Shown: one piece after another, positions 61,801 to 64,000 of the stretch
Layout of the letters: each line of letters opens with the position of its first letter
How positions within the stretch are numbered: the first letter of the stretch is position 1
Assembly: GCA_002269645.1 (NCBI GenBank)
Contig: NIVC01001548.1
Span: 186,001-250,000 of the forward strand
From: Macrostomum lignano
Lineage: Eukaryota
Reading direction: 5' to 3'
Length of the DNA: 64,000 nucleotides
Program-made: the position numbers and the translations under genes
The notes under the pieces: generated by a model
What the model was told of the DNA's origin: nothing
Seen by the model: the letters and a program-made list of their open reading frames with translations, nothing else
The model's database searches: none

Positions 61801-62842
61801 GAGGAGAGACAATGCAAGAGAGGAGAGACAATACACGAGGGGAGAGACAATACAAGAGGGGAGAGACAATGCAAGAGAGGAGAGACAATGCAAGAGAGGA
61901 GAGACAATACACGAGGGGAGAGACAATACAAGAGAGGAGAGACAATACAAGAGGGGAGAGACAATGCAAGAGAGGAGAGACAATGCAAGAGGGGAGAGAC
62001 AATACAAGAGAGGAGAGACAATGCAAGAGGGGAGAGACAATACACGAGGGGAGAGACAATACAAGAGGGGAGAGACAATACAAGAGGGGAGAGACAATGC
62101 AAGAGAGGAGAGACAATGCAAGAGGGGAGAGACAATACAAGAGAGGAGAGACAATGCAAGAGGGGAGAGACAATACACGAGGGGAGAGACAATGCAAGAG
62201 AGGAGAGACAATGCAAGAGAGGAAAGACAATGCAAGAGAGGAGAGACAATGCAAGAGAGGAGAGACAATGCAAGAGAGGAGAGACAATACAAGAGAGGAG
62301 AGACAATACAAGAGAGGAGAGACAATGCAAGAGAGGAGAGACAATGCAAGAGGAGAGCTGGGAAGAGTGGGGATTAGATCTGAGCGGAGATGTGTACCAA
62401 AAGTTCATGCAGCTTTGGGACTAGGCGTGTTTTCTTTGTGAAGTGGTAGATCGCAGGACGACTTGAAGGTCTCAGCATATTCAATGAAAGATTGACAGCT
62501 GAGCAATGGGTAGGGCTTTGTCGACGAGCAAGCGAACTCAGACTTTGCTTTGCCTGTTTTTCTCCCTAACAGAACGACGAAATCGTAAAGGCGGACTTCA
62601 CCTTCGAGAAGTTCTACGAGCTGTACCACCGCATCTGCCCGCGCCAGGACATCGAAGACCTCTTCAACGAGCTGTGCGGCGGCGCTGGTGGCAGCGTCGT
62701 CTCTCAGGACAAGATGATGGAGTTTCTCAACGTCACCAGCGAGATCCCCGGCTCAACGAGATTCTGTACCCCTTTGCCAACAAGCTGACCATTGAGAACA
62801 TTCTTAAGTGCTACGAGCCAAATAAGGAGAACCAGGAGAATC
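55250..62842 (+). CDS. PLCB4: Phospholipase C-beta (PLCB4/NorpA type), first 7 coding exons (PH plus EF hands); 1-nt frameshift at ~62734; continues off the right edge
   Basis: Exons 55250-55372 (..[20 protein letters not shown]), 55462-55542 ([14 protein letters not shown]), 56998-57057 ([10 protein letters not shown]), 59463-59597 (CSGADLVNV), 59975-60054 ([11 protein letters not shown]), 61425-61560 ([21 protein letters not shown]), 62573-62842 ([24 protein letters not shown] / [13 protein letters not shown]). YEFNW and TFASGKTEK are PLCB4/NorpA-like. Confidence 0.92.
55547..55860. repeat. 20-bp repeat (tgtctgcctgtttgtcttag) grading into (CTGT)n
   Basis: Starts right after the GTGAGC donor at 55543. 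Confidence 0.95.
56390..56860. repeat. 54-bp minisatellite (gttatcatttagtttgactgtgctcgaatatgtaagaattggatggatgccaca), ~8.5 units
   Basis: Seen directly in PLC intron 2. Confidence 0.97.
58675..58915. repeat. 32-bp repeat with two alternating variants (gagagttccgatcgcttgatttcca-gtcagtt / -ctaggat)
   Basis: Seen directly in PLC intron 3. Confidence 0.9.
59655..59908. repeat. 34-bp minisatellite (gctgcagcatccctgtccctcagttgtgcttgag), ~7.5 units
   Basis: Seen directly in PLC intron 4. Confidence 0.95.
60489..61400. repeat. 20-bp minisatellite (ccaacccacccgatccaagc), >40 essentially identical units
   Basis: Seen directly in PLC intron 5, ending just before the acceptor at 61424. Confidence 0.98.
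61585..62355. repeat. 19-bp purine-rich minisatellite (agaggagagacaat(a/g)caag), ~40 units
   Basis: Seen directly in PLC intron 6. Confidence 0.97.
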
Positions 62843-62892
62843 GTGAGTTACTATGCTGCTCAAGGTGCTCAAACAACGAGGGCGCAGCAGGT

Positions 62893-63690
62893 AGTTAGCC
62901 AGCTGGCCTGGCTAGGCAATGCCCCCTCCCAGCCCTGCTGTGGTTAGCCAGCTGGCCTGGCTAGGCAATGCCCCTCCCAGCCCTGCTGTGGTTAGCCATG
63001 CAGCTGGCCTGGCTAGGCAATGCCCCCTCCCAGCCCTGCTGTGGTTAGCCATGCAGCTGGCCTGGCTAGGCAATGCCCCCTCCCAGCCCTGCTGTGGTTA
63101 GCCATGCAGCTGGCCTGGCTAGGCAATGCCCCCTCCCAGCCCTGCTGTGGTTAGCCATGCAGCTGGCCTGGCTAGGCAATGCCCCCTCCCAGCCCTGCTG
63201 TGGTTAGCCAGCTGGCCTGGCTAGGCAATGACCCCCTCCCAGCCCTGCTGTGGTTAGCCATGCAGCTGGCCTGGCTAGGCAATGCCCCCTCCCAGCCCTG
63301 CTGTGGTTAGCCAGCTGGCCTGGCTAGGCAATGACCCCCTCCCAGCCCTGCTGTGGTTAGCCATGCAGCTGGCCTGGCTAGGCAATGCCCCCTCCCAGCC
63401 CTGCTGTGGTTAGCCAGCTGGCCTGGCTAGGCAATGACCCCCTCCCAGCCCTGCTGTGGTTAGCCATGCAGCTGGCCTGGCTAGGCAATGACCCCCTCCC
63501 AGCCCTGCTGTGGTTAGCCAGCTGGCCTGGCTAGGACATGCCCCCCTCCCAGCCCTGCTGTGGTTAGCCAGCTGGCCTGGCTAGGACATGCCCCCTCCCA
63601 GCCCTGCTGTGGTTAGCCAGCTGGCCTGGCTAGGCAATGACCCCCTCCCAGCCCTGCTGTGGTTAGCCAGCTGGCCTGGCTAGGCAATGC
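62893..63690. repeat. ~49-52-bp minisatellite (gttagccagctggcctggctaggcaatgccccctcccagccctgctgtg), ~15 units
   Basis: Seen directly in PLC intron 7. Confidence 0.97.
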
Positions 63691-64000
63691 CCCGGTCCCG
63701 TGGCTGTGTATGGAACTATGGCAATAAATGCCATTAGCCAAACGTAACAACTTTGAGCTCCCCTCTTCTTCCTCGCTATTTGCTGGCCAGCCTGGCGGAG
63801 CGCAAAGTTCGCCGAAAAATCTGGGCGGGGCTGTCCAGCTGAGTGCGCGTTCGGACTCTCAAAGGGGCCTCCCCTCCTTTCCTCCGCGCCCGGAGACCCG
63901 CGCGCTCGAATCGCCAAATTGTCAAATAATTGAGGCGGCCGGGCAAGATTTGGGCGGGGCCGGAGCGCGGGCTGGGCGTGTCCGAGAGTGCCATCGGTGC

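Noticed and set aside
60182-62441. Long [10 protein letters not shown] / PTHPIQAQ / ERRDNAR / CIVSPLL ORFs
   Set aside because: Translations of 20- and 19-bp intronic arrays; the real PLC exons are short and flank them.

Overview
This window is eukaryotic (metazoan) genomic DNA: GC-rich spliced exons, introns filled with locus-specific minisatellites, and AT-rich intergenic blocks (~14.2-16.3 kb, 38.4-42.3 kb, 49.6-50.5 kb). That architecture and a spliced-leader (SL)-like 20-mer suggest a free-living flatworm such as Macrostomum; this is an inference. Most long ORFs in the supplied track are repeat artefacts, so genes were rebuilt by hand from GT-AG, phase-consistent exons. They are: the 5' part of a class B (secretin-family) GPCR (-), a TCF19-like FHA+PHD gene (+), an unidentified 3-exon gene (+), an ORP1S/ORP2-type oxysterol-binding protein (+), PIGW (-), NADH-cytochrome b5 reductase (-), a divergent bestrophin (-), and the first 7 coding exons of a PLC-beta4/NorpA gene (+) carrying a 1-nt frameshift. 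Mobile DNA comprises a 5'-truncated RNase H-containing LINE with intact ORF2, a TAATG stop-start overlap and a 12-bp TSD; a tRNA-derived SINE; two decayed fragments of related LINEs; and a MITE-like hairpin. The top candidate for novelty is a 1.27-kb non-coding retroposon (48159-49432). It has a perfect 124-bp target-site duplication, an (AAC)n tail, and a 5' end matching the first ~20 nt of the Macrostomum SL as recalled from memory. About 30 tandem arrays are present, several built on exact transcription-factor or TFIIIC motifs. Repeat boundaries are approximate (about +/-10 bp) and no database searches were run.
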